Positions 10,204 through 20,417 are shown, numbered from the stretch's first letter. The stretch is DNA of 64,000 nt from Oceanospirillaceae bacterium (GCA_024686035.1 JAIBDW010000001.1:19439-83438); one strand, 5' to 3'. Translations and numbers: made by a program. Notes: generated from the letters alone by a model not told the origin.

Positions 10204-12294
10204 ATGTCTATCATTACCAAAACATTTCAATACGGTGAACAAACTGTCACGCTAGAAACGGGTCGTATTGCACGTCAAGCTTCCGGTGCTGTTCTTGTTA
10301 CTATCGATGATGCGATCCAAGTATTGGTTGCTGTTGTAGGTGCTAAAACTGCCAAACCAGACCAAGGGTTCTTTCCTTTATCTGTGCACTACCAAGAAAA
10401 AACTTACGCTGTAGGTAAGATTCCTGGTGGTTTCTTCAAGCGTGAAGCTCGTCCTTCTGAAAAAGAGACGCTAACGAGCCGTTTGATTGACCGTCCAATT
10501 CGTCCACTGTTCCCTAAAGGGTTCATGAACGAAGTGCAGGTTATTTGTACTGTGGTTTCTGCGGATAAGCACAACGACACAGATATTGCAGCTTTGATCG
10601 GTACTTCTGCTGCTTTAGCTATTTCTGGTATTCCTTTTGCTGGCCCTATCGGTGCTGCACGCGTTTCATATACTCACGAAGCAGGTTATCAGCTTAACCC
10701 AAGCTTTGAAGCTCAAGCTACAGCTGATCTAGACATGGTGGTTGCGGGTACAGCTGATGCGGTGCTGATGGTTGAATCAGAAGCTAAAGAGCTAAGCGAA
10801 GATGTAATGTTAGGCGCTGTTCTTTTTGCTCATGATGAAATGCAAGCTGTGGTTAAGGCGGTGGCTGAATTTGCATCACAAGCGGCCAAGCCTACTTGGG
10901 ATTGGGTAGCAGATGAAGAAGATGCTGGCCTAAAAGCGGCTGTTACAGCGCAAGTTGGCGATGCAGTGGGTGAAGCGTACCAAATTAGCGATAAAATGGA
11001 TCGTTACACGCGCTTAGGAGAAGTTAAGGCACAAGCTGTTGCTGCGTTATGTAGTGACGATGAAGCTGCGCCAACTAAATCTGACGTGTTAGCGATGGTA
11101 AGCAAGCTAGAAAAACATACCGTGCGTTCACGCGTTGTGGCAGGCGAGCCGCGTATTGATGGCCGCGATAACAAAACAGTTCGTGGAATTGATGTAGAGA
11201 TTGGCACCTTGGCCAAAGCTCACGGTTCATCATTGTTTACTCGTGGTGAGACTCAATCTATTGTTGTGGCCACTCTTGGCACTAGCCGTGATCAACAGAT
11301 CATCGATGCTTTGGAAGGCTCACGTAAAGATCCATTTATGCTGCACTATAATTTCCCTAGCTACTCTGTAGGTGAGACGGGCCGCTTTATGGGCCCTGGT
11401 CGTCGTGAAATTGGACATGGGCGTTTAGCTCGTCGTGGTATTCAAGCGATGTTGCCAAGCCAAGAAGAGTTTCCATACACCATTCGTGTCGTTTCAGAAA
11501 TTACTGAATCTAACGGCTCAAGCTCAATGGCCTCTGTATGTGGCGCTTCTTTGGCGCTAATGGATGCTGGTGTGCCTATTAAGGCGCCTGTTGCCGGTAT
11601 TGCTATGGGCCTTATTAAAGAAGACGAAGGCTTTGCGGTATTGACTGACATTTTAGGTGATGAAGATCACTTGGGTGACATGGACTTTAAAGTAGCCGGT
11701 TCTGCTGCAGGTATTACGGCGTTGCAAATGGACATTAAAATCCAAGGCATTACCGAAGAAATTATGGAGCTTGCGCTTGAGCAAGCACACGAAGCCCGTA
11801 TCCATATTCTAGGCGAAATGAACAAGTTGATCTCGGTACCACGTACTGAGTTAAATGATAATGCACCGACGATGAAAACCATCAAAATCGATCAAGATAA
11901 GATCCGTGACGTGATTGGTAAGGGTGGAGCAACGATCCGTAGTTTGTGTGAAGAAACGGGTGCTTCAATCGATATTGAAGATGATGGTACAGTCCGCGTC
12001 TATGCTGATGATAAAGCAGCTGCACAGTTAGCTGAAGCTAAGATTCTAGAAATCACTGCTGAAGCTGAAGTTGGCGCAATTTACGAAGGTAAGGTTGAGC
12101 GCATTGTAGACTTTGGTGCATTCATCAACATCCTGCCTGGTAAAGATGGTTTATTGCATATTTCTCAAATCTCAAGTGAGCGTGTTGAGAAGGTGACAGA
12201 CTTCCTAGAAGAAGGTCAAACAGTCAAGGTTAAAGTACTGGATGTTGACGCACGTGGCCGTATTAAGCTATCTATGAAAGACATGGAAGCCTAA
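10204..12294 (+). CDS. pnp: Polyribonucleotide nucleotidyltransferase (PNPase)
   Basis: ATG 10204 after GGAG; [33 protein letters not shown] and S1 domains. Confidence 0.99.
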   Translation: MSIITKTFQYGEQTVTLETGRIARQASGAVLVTIDDAIQVLVAVVGAKTAKPDQGFFPLSVHYQEKTYAVGKIPGGFFKREARPSEKETLTSRLIDRPIRPLFPKGFMNEVQVICTVVSADKHNDTDIAALIGTSAALAISGIPFAGPIGAARVSYTHEAGYQLNPSFEAQATADLDMVVAGTADAVLMVESEAKELSEDVMLGAVLFAHDEMQAVVKAVAEFASQAAKPTWDWVADEEDAGLKAAVTAQVGDAVGEAYQISDKMDRYTRLGEVKAQAVAALCSDDEAAPTKSDVLAMVSKLEKHTVRSRVVAGEPRIDGRDNKTVRGIDVEIGTLAKAHGSSLFTRGETQSIVVATLGTSRDQQIIDALEGSRKDPFMLHYNFPSYSVGETGRFMGPGRREIGHGRLARRGIQAMLPSQEEFPYTIRVVSEITESNGSSSMASVCGASLALMDAGVPIKAPVAGIAMGLIKEDEGFAVLTDILGDEDHLGDMDFKVAGSAAGITALQMDIKIQGITEEIMELALEQAHEARIHILGEMNKLISVPRTELNDNAPTMKTIKIDQDKIRDVIGKGGATIRSLCEETGASIDIEDDGTVRVYADDKAAAQLAEAKILEITAEAEVGAIYEGKVERIVDFGAFINILPGKDGLLHISQISSERVEKVTDFLEEGQTVKVKVLDVDARGRIKLSMKDMEA

Positions 12295-12354
12295 TCTCCC
12301 AAGTGAGCTGGGCTAAAGTAAGTTCAGTTTAAAGGGAAAGTGTGTAATCGTGTT

Positions 12355-12391
12355 AAAAAGCCTCTAATCATTGCTGGTTAGGGGTTTTTTT
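12355..12391 (+). terminator. Rho-independent terminator after pnp
   Basis: AAAAAGCCTCTAATCA-TTGC-TGGTTAGGGGTTTTTTT. Confidence 0.85.
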
Positions 12392-12488
12392 ATGTTTGCA
12401 CGACTACTAATGTGTCGCTTTTGATAATATAATGGTCGCCTTTAGAATTTCCATAAATTCAATTTAATTCCCATTTAAAGGCTTCCTC

Positions 12489-13727
12489 TTGACTCAGTAT
12501 CTACACGTTGAACTTCAAAAAAATAAGATAAAAATCGTTCTTTTAGAAGGCGTTCATCAGTCAGCTGTTGAGGCGTTAAAGGCCGATGGTTTTGATAATA
12601 TTCATTTCTATACCACTGCTTTACCTGAAAGTGAGCTGATTGAAGTGTTAAAAGATGCTCAGTTTGTGGGTATCCGATCACGCACTCAGCTCAACAGAAA
12701 TGTGTTATCACAAGCACCCAAGCTAATGGCCATTGGCTGTTTTTGTATTGGCACCAACCAGGTAGACCTTGGAGCCGCCTTGGAAATGGGTATCCCTGTG
12801 TTTAATGCGCCTTATAGCAATACTCGAAGTGTCGCTGAGCTTGTGATTGCTGAAGCCATATTGTTGCTGCGAGGTATCCCAGAAAAAAGCACTAAGGCCC
12901 ATCGTGGTCAATGGCTCAAATCTGCTAGTCGCTCTTATGAAATAAGGGGCAAGGTATTAGGTGTTGTAGGTTATGGCTCTATCGGCTCGCAATTGGGTAT
13001 TATGGCTGAATCTATGGGCATGGAAGTGATTTATTATGATCAAATCACTAAGTTGAGTTTGGGTAATGCATCACCTTGTAGCAACCTAGCAGCGCTGCTT
13101 ATGCAAGCAGATATTGTAACGCTACATGTACCAGAGACACCCTCCACGCATTGCCTTATTGGGCCAACCCAACTTTCACAGATGAAAGAGGGAGCCATTC
13201 TTATTAATGCTTCTCGTGGCACCGTAGTGGATATTGATGCCCTAGCTGATTGTCTAAAAAGTGGTAAGTTACTAGGTGCAGCGATTGATGTCTTCCCAGT
13301 AGAACCTCGCTCTAACGACGACGAATTTGTGTCGCCATTAAGGGGCTTAGATAATGTCATTTTAACACCGCATATCGGTGGATCTACCGTAGAAGCACAG
13401 GTTAATATCGGTGTTGAAGTGGCAGATAAGCTGATTCGTTACTGCGTCAACGGCACCAGCCTTTCAGCTGTAAACTTCCCTGAAGTGTCGTTACCTATTC
13501 ATGAAAACACCCATAGGTTATTGCATATACACGAAAATATCCCAGGTACTTTGTCTAAAATAAACAACGTGTTTTCTGAAAACAGTATCAATATCTCTGG
13601 GCAGTATTTGAATACTAACACCAAAGTGGGTTATGTGGTCATTGATGTTGACGCCAGCTGCTCTGAACTGGCTTTAATGAAGCTTAAACAAGTTGTTGGC
13701 ACGATAAGCTGTCGCGTATTGTTTTAG
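12489..13727 (+). CDS. serA: D-3-phosphoglycerate dehydrogenase
   Basis: [47 protein letters not shown] and C-terminal ACT domain; TTG start with AAGG 7 nt upstream. Confidence 0.96.
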   Translation: MTQYLHVELQKNKIKIVLLEGVHQSAVEALKADGFDNIHFYTTALPESELIEVLKDAQFVGIRSRTQLNRNVLSQAPKLMAIGCFCIGTNQVDLGAALEMGIPVFNAPYSNTRSVAELVIAEAILLLRGIPEKSTKAHRGQWLKSASRSYEIRGKVLGVVGYGSIGSQLGIMAESMGMEVIYYDQITKLSLGNASPCSNLAALLMQADIVTLHVPETPSTHCLIGPTQLSQMKEGAILINASRGTVVDIDALADCLKSGKLLGAAIDVFPVEPRSNDDEFVSPLRGLDNVILTPHIGGSTVEAQVNIGVEVADKLIRYCVNGTSLSAVNFPEVSLPIHENTHRLLHIHENIPGTLSKINNVFSENSINISGQYLNTNTKVGYVVIDVDASCSELALMKLKQVVGTISCRVLF

Positions 13728-14395
13728 TCTTTAAGCCTCTTCACGCCTTCGCCAGTGCCCAGAAATAAAACATCTGCTGGGCGCTGGGCAAACAGGCCAT
13801 TGGTTACCACTCCCGTAATTTGGTTAATTTGTTGTTCCAGATTTTTAGGATCAACAATGCTTAAACCATAAACGTCTAAAATGACGTTGCCATTATCAGT
13901 AACAAAGTCTTGACGCCAAACAGGTTCGCCCCCAAGGCCGACAAGCTTTCGGGCCACATAACTTCGTGCCATGGGGATGACCTCTACAGGGAGTGGGAAC
14001 TCACCTAATACATCCACTAGTTTTGACTCATCAGCAATGCAAATAAATGTTTCGGCCACCGCTGAGACAATTTTTTCCCGAGTTAATGCACCGCCCCCAC
14101 CTTTAATGAGGTTAAGGTGTGCGTCACTTTCGTCAGCACCATCAATATAAAATTGCATATGAGGCACAGCATTAAGTTCTAACACGCTAATGCCATGGTT
14201 TTTAAGGCGCGTTGCCGTGGCCACTGAGCTAGCTACAGCAGCATCAAACTCGTGTTGAATGTTGGCCAAAGCATCAATAAAGCAATTGGCTGTTGAGCCT
14301 GTGCCGACACCGATGATAGATTGGCTATTAAGGTGTGGAGCAATATGGTCGACTGCTGATTGTGCTACAGCTTGCTTTAATTGATCTTGAGTCAT
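13724..14395 (-). CDS. rpiA: Ribose-5-phosphate isomerase A
   Basis: [29 protein letters not shown] and LPVEVIP. Confidence 0.98.
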   Translation of the reverse strand: MTQDQLKQAVAQSAVDHIAPHLNSQSIIGVGTGSTANCFIDALANIQHEFDAAVASSVATATRLKNHGISVLELNAVPHMQFYIDGADESDAHLNLIKGGGGALTREKIVSAVAETFICIADESKLVDVLGEFPLPVEVIPMARSYVARKLVGLGGEPVWRQDFVTDNGNVILDVYGLSIVDPKNLEQQINQITGVVTNGLFAQRPADVLFLGTGEGVKRLKD

Positions 14396-14544
14396 GGTAA
14401 TGATCTTGTGAGAGACTAATAACGTGATTATACAGGAATTTGCACCATACTTTGTAGACGCTAGTGGCTTCTACCATTAATATAATAGGCCAAGCTAAAT
14501 ACGCTACCTTGTGTGTGAATTATTACCCTACTAGAAGAAATATT

Positions 14545-16059
14545 ATGCCAGATGGTTACATCAAAAAGATCCTATCTTCCAATGTCTATGACGTAGCATT
14601 AGAAACGCCTGTGGACATGGCTGTTAGCCTGTCTAAGAAGTTGGGAAATAAAATTTTGATTAAGCGTGAGGACTTGCAGCCCATATTCTCTTTCAAAATT
14701 CGTGGTGCCTATAACTGCATCTCTCAATTAACCCATGAGCAGCGAGCTTGTGGGGTTATCGCTGCATCAGCTGGCAACCATGCTCAAGGCGTTGCTATGT
14801 CTGCCAAACACTTAGGGATTAACGCTACCATAGTGATGCCAAAAACGGCCCCAGATATTAAGGTAAGTGCGGTAAGGGCTTTGGGTGCTAAAGTTGTGTT
14901 ACATGGGGATACATTCCCAGAAGCTTATGCGCACTCGCTGGAACTGGTAGATAGCTTAGGCATGATGTACATCCATCCGTTTGATGATGAACATACGATA
15001 GCTGGCCAAGGCACTGTGGCTATGGAGCTGCTACGACAAATCCAAGGTGATATTGATGCAATATTTATCCCTGTTGGCGGTGGCGGTTTAATTGCAGGAA
15101 TGTCTGTTTATATTAAATACTTGCGCCCAGATATTAAAGTCATTGGCGTAGAGCCAGAAGATTCGTGTTGCTTAAAAGCGGCTTTAGATGCGGGTAAACG
15201 TGTGATCTTGAAAGAGGTAGGAACCTTTGCTGAAGGGGTTGCTGTAGCTCAAGTTGGCGAGCGCAACTTTGAGTTGGCACAAAAATATGTTGATGAAGTG
15301 ATCACGATTACAACCGATGAAATGTGTGCAGCGATTAAAGATATTTATGACGACACACGGGCGATCGTAGAGCCTTCAGGCGCCTGTGCCTTAGCCGGAT
15401 TAAAGAAATATGTAGAACGTGAAAAAGCTCAAGACCAAACCCTAGTGACCGTCTCTTCAGGAGCTAATCTTAATTTTGATCGTCTAAGGCATGTTGCTGA
15501 ACGGGCTGAAATTGGAGAGGGCACCGAGGCCATTATTGCCGCCCAAATACCAGAACATCCTGGTAGTTTTGAGCAATTTTGCACGGCTTTGGGTAAACGC
15601 AATATCACCGAATTTAACTATCGCTACGCAAGCGATAGTAAAGCACAAGTATTTGTGGGTGTGACTTTAAAAGCAGGTGAAGGCAGTGCAGAGCCACTAC
15701 TTAAACAACTGGCAAATAATGACATTGGCGCAGTGGATTTAAGTGACAACGAAATGGCAAAAAGCCATGTGCGCTATATGGTGGGTGGCCATGCCAATGT
15801 CGAAGACGAAGTGGTTTACCGTTTTACCTTTCCAGAGCGGCCAGGTGCGTTGCTTAAGTTTTTGAAAACATTAGGCCGTCCGTGGAATATTTCAATGTTC
15901 CATTACCGTAATCATGGGTCTGCGTACGGACGAGTGTTGGTTGCGATGCAAGTGCCCTCACAAGACAAGCAAGTGTTTGAAGGCTATCTAGATGAGCTAG
16001 GCTATGCGTTTAACGAAGAAACAACTAACCCAGCCTATCAATTGTTTTTAGCACCTTAA
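14545..16059 (+). CDS. ilvA: Threonine ammonia-lyase, biosynthetic
   Basis: KREDLQPIFSFKIRGAYN, ASAGNHAQG, PVGGGGL and two C-terminal regulatory repeats; start placed at ATG 14545. Confidence 0.97.
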   Translation: MPDGYIKKILSSNVYDVALETPVDMAVSLSKKLGNKILIKREDLQPIFSFKIRGAYNCISQLTHEQRACGVIAASAGNHAQGVAMSAKHLGINATIVMPKTAPDIKVSAVRALGAKVVLHGDTFPEAYAHSLELVDSLGMMYIHPFDDEHTIAGQGTVAMELLRQIQGDIDAIFIPVGGGGLIAGMSVYIKYLRPDIKVIGVEPEDSCCLKAALDAGKRVILKEVGTFAEGVAVAQVGERNFELAQKYVDEVITITTDEMCAAIKDIYDDTRAIVEPSGACALAGLKKYVEREKAQDQTLVTVSSGANLNFDRLRHVAERAEIGEGTEAIIAAQIPEHPGSFEQFCTALGKRNITEFNYRYASDSKAQVFVGVTLKAGEGSAEPLLKQLANNDIGAVDLSDNEMAKSHVRYMVGGHANVEDEVVYRFTFPERPGALLKFLKTLGRPWNISMFHYRNHGSAYGRVLVAMQVPSQDKQVFEGYLDELGYAFNEETTNPAYQLFLAP

Positions 16060-16096
16060 GTGAATTAATTTGTAATAGATGTGGGCTGGATAGATT

Positions 16097-16693
16097 ATGA
16101 ATATTGCTATTTTGACCTTTGAAGGTTTTAACGAACTAGACTCCTTTATTGCAGCTGGCATTTTGAATCGCATGAAAGGCCAAGGTTGGAACGTACAAAT
16201 CACTTGCCCAACAGCACAAGTGACTTCTATGAATGGGGTCACAGTAACGGCTCAACAGCCTTTAGAATTTGCTAATACTGCAGATGTGGTTTTGTTTGGT
16301 AGCGGGATTTACACCAGAGATATCGCCAAAGATACTAGTATACTGGGTCGCCTGCAATTAGACCCTAGCCGTCAGCTACTCGCAGCGCAGTGCTCGGGCA
16401 CCTTATTACTGGCAACGCTGGGTTATTTAAACGGCTTGCCAGCGTGCACTGACTTAACCACTAAGCCGTGGGTGATGGATGCGGGCATTGAAGTGCTCAA
16501 TCAGCCATTTAATGCCCAAAGGAATATTGCCACAGCCGGCGGATGCATGGCTTCACAGTATTTAGCCACATGGGTCATTGCTAAATTAGCTGGTAATGGT
16601 GAAGCTGAGGCAGCTATTCATTACGTGGCACCTGTTGGTGAAAAAGAGCAAACAGTCACCCATACCATGTCTGTAGTCACGCCTTATATTTAG
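16097..16693 (+). CDS. DJ-1/PfpI family protein
   Basis: MNIAILTFEGFNELD, nucleophile elbow AQCSG, TAGGC. Confidence 0.8.
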   Translation: MNIAILTFEGFNELDSFIAAGILNRMKGQGWNVQITCPTAQVTSMNGVTVTAQQPLEFANTADVVLFGSGIYTRDIAKDTSILGRLQLDPSRQLLAAQCSGTLLLATLGYLNGLPACTDLTTKPWVMDAGIEVLNQPFNAQRNIATAGGCMASQYLATWVIAKLAGNGEAEAAIHYVAPVGEKEQTVTHTMSVVTPYI

Positions 16694-16715
16694 CAAGGTC
16701 AAAAGCAAGCCCAAG

Positions 16716-18089
16716 CTATTGAGTGGGTAGCTTCTTAGGTAAGGTGATATCTACCCCAAGGCCTCCTACAGTACGATTGCTGGCTTCGATAGTGCCAGAT
16801 TGAGCCCTTATGGCTTGTTCAGCGATAGCCATACCCACGCCATAACCCCCGCTTTGTTGATTACGACAAGCCTCTACACGATAGAAAGGCTCAAATAAGT
16901 GCTTCAAAGAAGCTTCTGGCACGCCTTCGCCTTCATCTTCAATGCGAATCACCACTGCCTGTGCCCTTGCCTCTACTTTGATGAAGACCCGCCCATCCGC
17001 TGGCGTATAGCGTATTGCATTACGTAAAATATTCTCTACTGCGCGTGAGACTAATTCTTGTTGGCCAGTGAGCAGGTTTTGTTGAGGCTGGCGCAAGTGG
17101 ATCTGGTGTGTAGACTGTGTTTCAAATTCTGCATCTTGGGTAATTTTGCACAATAGGTCGCTTAGGTCGTAGGTTTCTGCAATAGGGTTTTGGTCGCTTT
17201 GTTCTAAACGCAATAAAGTTAACACCTGATCAATCAGTGCGTTCATGCGCTCTATTTCTCGTTCAATGCGATGCAAAGATTGATGTTCTGCGTCAGGGAT
17301 CTTACGAGCGAGTAGTTCCAGAGCAATTTGCTGCCTAGCTAAGGGCGTTCTTAACTCATGTGAAATGTCCCTGAATAAACGTTGTTGGTTACTGACCAAT
17401 AAACTAATTCGCTCTGCCATGTGGTTAAATGCCAAGCCGACTTCACCAATTTCATCATTTTTTTGGTGTGCCACATTGCTTAATCGAGTGTCCAAATTAC
17501 CACGGGCAAACGAATGAGTGGCTTGTTTGAGCTTGCGCAACGGGCCTGTGATGTGCCAAGTCACAAAAGCAGTGAGTAACGCGACGATAAGTAATGCGGT
17601 GACAATTTGTAAAATTGGTAAGTGTTTCAGCCAGGCGGGATAAGGTCCACTATTAACGCGCAGGGCAACAAACGTATATATGCGATCAGTGCTGCTGGAA
17701 ATAGTGTACGGCTGAAAGCCTTTTAGATTTCGCTCTGAAAGCCTGTGCTGAGTTAACGGTAAAGTGAATTCAAGCCAATTTTTAGGCAGATGGGCCAGGC
17801 TAATAGGCCGTCGTTTTTCATCCAGCATAAAGCCTGTGACACCAAATTCTAAGCGGATATAATGAAGCCACTCCGTAAGGTCTGCAGACCCTTTGGTTTC
17901 AAAAATGTCGGCAGCTTTAATGCCGAGTTTTACGACCCTCTGGTATTGATCTTGGTCACGTTCTTGAACAATAATTTCCGACAAGGTCGCTACAGAAAAA
18001 ATAGCTGCAATAAGAGTTAGCCAAAAAAAGAAAAATATTTTCCAATATAGACTACGAAATATGGATGGCCATCTAAGAGTTAATGACAT
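16716..18089 (-). CDS. cpxA: Sensor histidine kinase, CpxA-like
   Basis: Two TM segments, HAMP, DISHELRTPL H-box, ENILRNAIRY and GGYGVGMAI; start at ATG 18089 overlapping the regulator stop. Confidence 0.8.
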   Translation of the reverse strand: MSLTLRWPSIFRSLYWKIFFFFWLTLIAAIFSVATLSEIIVQERDQDQYQRVVKLGIKAADIFETKGSADLTEWLHYIRLEFGVTGFMLDEKRRPISLAHLPKNWLEFTLPLTQHRLSERNLKGFQPYTISSSTDRIYTFVALRVNSGPYPAWLKHLPILQIVTALLIVALLTAFVTWHITGPLRKLKQATHSFARGNLDTRLSNVAHQKNDEIGEVGLAFNHMAERISLLVSNQQRLFRDISHELRTPLARQQIALELLARKIPDAEHQSLHRIEREIERMNALIDQVLTLLRLEQSDQNPIAETYDLSDLLCKITQDAEFETQSTHQIHLRQPQQNLLTGQQELVSRAVENILRNAIRYTPADGRVFIKVEARAQAVVIRIEDEGEGVPEASLKHLFEPFYRVEACRNQQSGGYGVGMAIAEQAIRAQSGTIEASNRTVGGLGVDITLPKKLPTQ

Positions 18090-18777
18090 ACTGATACCCA
18101 ACACCACGTATGGTTTTAATGCGAGGTTCATTGCTTAAAAATGGCCCTAGTTTTCGCCTTAGATTACTCATATGCATATCTACACTTCTGTCATACAAAG
18201 CCAACTTACGACCCAGGGCATTCTCTGTTAATTCTTCTTTGCTGAGTACTTGTCCAGCTTTTGCTAGCAAACTTGCTAATAAATTAAACTCTGTGCTGGT
18301 AAGGTCTATGGTCTCACCTTGTTTGGAAACAATGCGTGTGTTGTGGTTTAGCTCTACGTCTTCACGGATAATGATTTGACGTTTCCCATTGGCCTCCAAG
18401 CCTGATTTATCCATTTCTACGCGCCTTAATATGGCACGAATACGAGCGGAAATTTCTCGTGGGTTACAAGGTTTTGGTAGGTAGTCGTCTGCCCCCATTT
18501 CAAACCCCACAATACGGTCTATTTCATCGCTACGAGCGGTCAACATAAGTACAGGCGTTTTATGATTAATACGAAATTGCTTGAGAAGATCCAAGCCATT
18601 CATTTTTGGCATCATGATATCAAGCACCAAAACATCATACCGGCCATTTAAAGCCATGTTCAGACCTTGTTCGCCATCAAAGGCTTGATCTACTTGGAAG
18701 TTTTCTAAAGACAGAAATTCGCTCAACAACTCATTCAGCTCTTGGTCGTCTTCAATTAATAAGATGCGTGTGGTCAT
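18073..18777 (-). CDS. cpxR: OmpR-family response regulator, CpxR-like
   Basis: LDIMMPKMNG, GADDYLPKP, and recognition-helix region GRKLALYDRSVDMHMSNLRRKL resembling CpxR. Confidence 0.82.
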   Translation of the reverse strand: MTTRILLIEDDQELNELLSEFLSLENFQVDQAFDGEQGLNMALNGRYDVLVLDIMMPKMNGLDLLKQFRINHKTPVLMLTARSDEIDRIVGFEMGADDYLPKPCNPREISARIRAILRRVEMDKSGLEANGKRQIIIREDVELNHNTRIVSKQGETIDLTSTEFNLLASLLAKAGQVLSKEELTENALGRKLALYDRSVDMHMSNLRRKLGPFLSNEPRIKTIRGVGYQYVINS

Positions 18778-18867
18778 GGCTCAAGGCTCCAAGAATAAGC
18801 AAGTTTGCTTTGTGTATGGATACAATTGTGTCACAATTTTAGGCTAAATATTGTATCAACTAAGGAT

Positions 18868-18882
18868 TTTACAGACTTTTAC
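18868..18882 (-). promoter_or_regulatory. CpxR-type box upstream of cpxR
   Basis: Minus strand reads GTAAA-AGTCT-GTAAA, an exact match to the established CpxR consensus GTAAA-N5-GTAAA. Confidence 0.7.
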
Positions 18883-18923
18883 GTGATGAGGCGGGGCTTA
18901 GTTTTTTTAACAAAAGACGTGAA

Positions 18924-19102
18924 AGACTCCCCAGGATGGCGATTCCAAAGGTTGCCCTGAACCCGAAGGTTCAAGGTGGGAGCCCCTGTTTAGGCAGAAG
19001 GCGTTCCAACAAGTGGACATGCGCAGAGCTTAAGCGAGGAGCCCCCTGTTTATATAAATCGGCTCAAGGACGTTATTAGATGTCAAGCACCACAGGGAGT
19101 CT
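18924..19102 (-). ncRNA. ssrS: 6S RNA
   Basis: Complementary ends AGACTCC/GGAGTCT; conserved CCTTGAGCCGAT, GCGCATGTCC and CACCTTGAACC-TTCG-GGTTCAGGG segments; about 179 nt; directly downstream of zapA. Confidence 0.93.
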
Positions 19103-19108
19103 GCAAGT

Positions 19109-19114
19109 ATTATA
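19109..19114 (-). promoter_or_regulatory. -10 element of the ssrS promoter
   Basis: TATAAT on the minus strand, 6 nt before the inferred 6S 5' end. Confidence 0.65.
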
Positions 19115-19156
19115 GGCCGGTATTTTTAAGAATGGAACCCGAAGGCACAACAATCC

Positions 19157-19435
19157 CTAGTTTAGGCCTTCACTGACTTTTTTGTCCAGATGCTCCAGTG
19201 CTGTTTCAAGGATGCTTAGTTGCGTTTGAGTTTCAATTAATTCTGCACTCATATTAAGAGCAGCCATTACTGCCATCCGCTCTAGCCCCATGACTCTGCC
19301 ACTAGATTTTATACTTTTTAGCTTTTGGTCTAAATTATACGCAGCTTGTTTTAGGTTGGCTTCTTTGCCAGCTGGACAAGTAAGCGTATAGCTTTGTGAC
19401 AAAATAGATACTTCTACTGCTTGTAAATCACTCAT
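19157..19435 (-). CDS. zapA: Cell division protein ZapA
   Basis: VEVSILSQSYTLTCPAG...AAYNLDQK...GLERMAVMAALN; start at ATG 19435; next to ssrS. Confidence 0.93.
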   Translation of the reverse strand: MSDLQAVEVSILSQSYTLTCPAGKEANLKQAAYNLDQKLKSIKSSGRVMGLERMAVMAALNMSAELIETQTQLSILETALEHLDKKVSEGLN

Positions 19436-19682
19436 GATGCACATCCTTTGCTTGGTCAAATAGACTGATCAAGTGATTTAGATCGTCTTCTAGGGCCTGA
19501 TTTGAGGGTTGGTCAATGGGAGGAATGTGTTCTTTTGCCAATCTATTTTCAGCTTTTTGTTGCAACAATTCTTGCTCAAGTGTACGCATACTAATTTGAA
19601 GCTGAGCATACTCGTGCTGCAAAGTACGGTGTTGAGTTAACAACTGGTCGATGTGATGTGCCAAGGCGTTAATGGTCGACAT
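19428..19682 (-). CDS. Small coiled-coil protein, TIGR02449/ZapB-like
   Basis: 84 aa heptad-rich sequence overlapping the zapA start by 8 nt; occupies the position of the TIGR02449 gene. Confidence 0.65.
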   Translation of the reverse strand: MSTINALAHHIDQLLTQHRTLQHEYAQLQISMRTLEQELLQQKAENRLAKEHIPPIDQPSNQALEDDLNHLISLFDQAKDVHHE

Positions 19683-19820
19683 TGTTGAGCCACTTAAAAG
19701 ATAATATGGCCATAGATTTTATAGTAAATTGCGCTGCTGTCTAGTGACACTCTGTAAAAGCGCTAGAGAATGCCTACAGCTCAGGTATAATAAGAGGATA
19801 TTCTAGCCAGAGCCAAACAC

Positions 19821-20417
19821 ATGACCGATACTGCCCCAAAACTAAACTACATATTTGACGACTTTGCGGACATGTTCGTTGAGTTGGGAGCCTTTGGTAC
19901 ACCTTCAGAGCTGCATGGCTTGTTGACAGGGCAGTTGGCTGCTGGAGTGCGGGTAGATGCCCAGGCATGGCTAGCGATGGTTGTGGCTCACTTGGATGTA
20001 CAAACCCTTGAAGATGATGATGATAAAGCCGAGTTAGTCGCCTTGTATGACTTAGTGCTGCAGCAATTGAGCGCTGGTGATTTTGGCTTCCAGCTATTAT
20101 TGCCAGAAGATGACACTGAATTAACCTCTAGAACAGAGTCTTTAGGCGCATGGAGTAGTGGGTTTTTGAGTGGTTTTGGTTTGAGTTTTGACCACACTAA
20201 GCAAAGCCTATCCAGTGAAATGACAGATGCTATGGAAGATTTGGCTAATATTGCTCAAGTCTCCTTTGACGCAGATGATGAAGACCTAGACGGTGAAAGT
20301 GCCGAAACAAGTTATCTAGAACTGGTTGAATATGTTCGTTTGGCTGCCATGATGGTGTTTGCTGAATTTAACGTGGCTGACTCACCACCTCAAAAAGAGC
20401 CACAACAATTACACTAA
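19821..20417 (+). CDS. ygfB: UPF0149 family protein (YgfB)
   Basis: PSELHGLLTG, FQLLLPEDD, WSSGFLSGFG, ELVEYVRLAA; upstream of pepP. Confidence 0.9.
   Translation: MTDTAPKLNYIFDDFADMFVELGAFGTPSELHGLLTGQLAAGVRVDAQAWLAMVVAHLDVQTLEDDDDKAELVALYDLVLQQLSAGDFGFQLLLPEDDTELTSRTESLGAWSSGFLSGFGLSFDHTKQSLSSEMTDAMEDLANIAQVSFDADDEDLDGESAETSYLELVEYVRLAAMMVFAEFNVADSPPQKEPQQLH

Noticed and set aside
10028-10255. 75-aa ORF across the pnp leader
   Set aside because: Lies in a highly structured spacer, overlaps the pnp start out of frame and shows no protein signal.
19135-19145. 11-nt GAACCCGAAGG repeated upstream of the 6S promoter (also at 18959-18969 inside 6S)
   Set aside because: Reverse complement of a common CUUCGG tetraloop motif; short enough to be chance, with no functional context.
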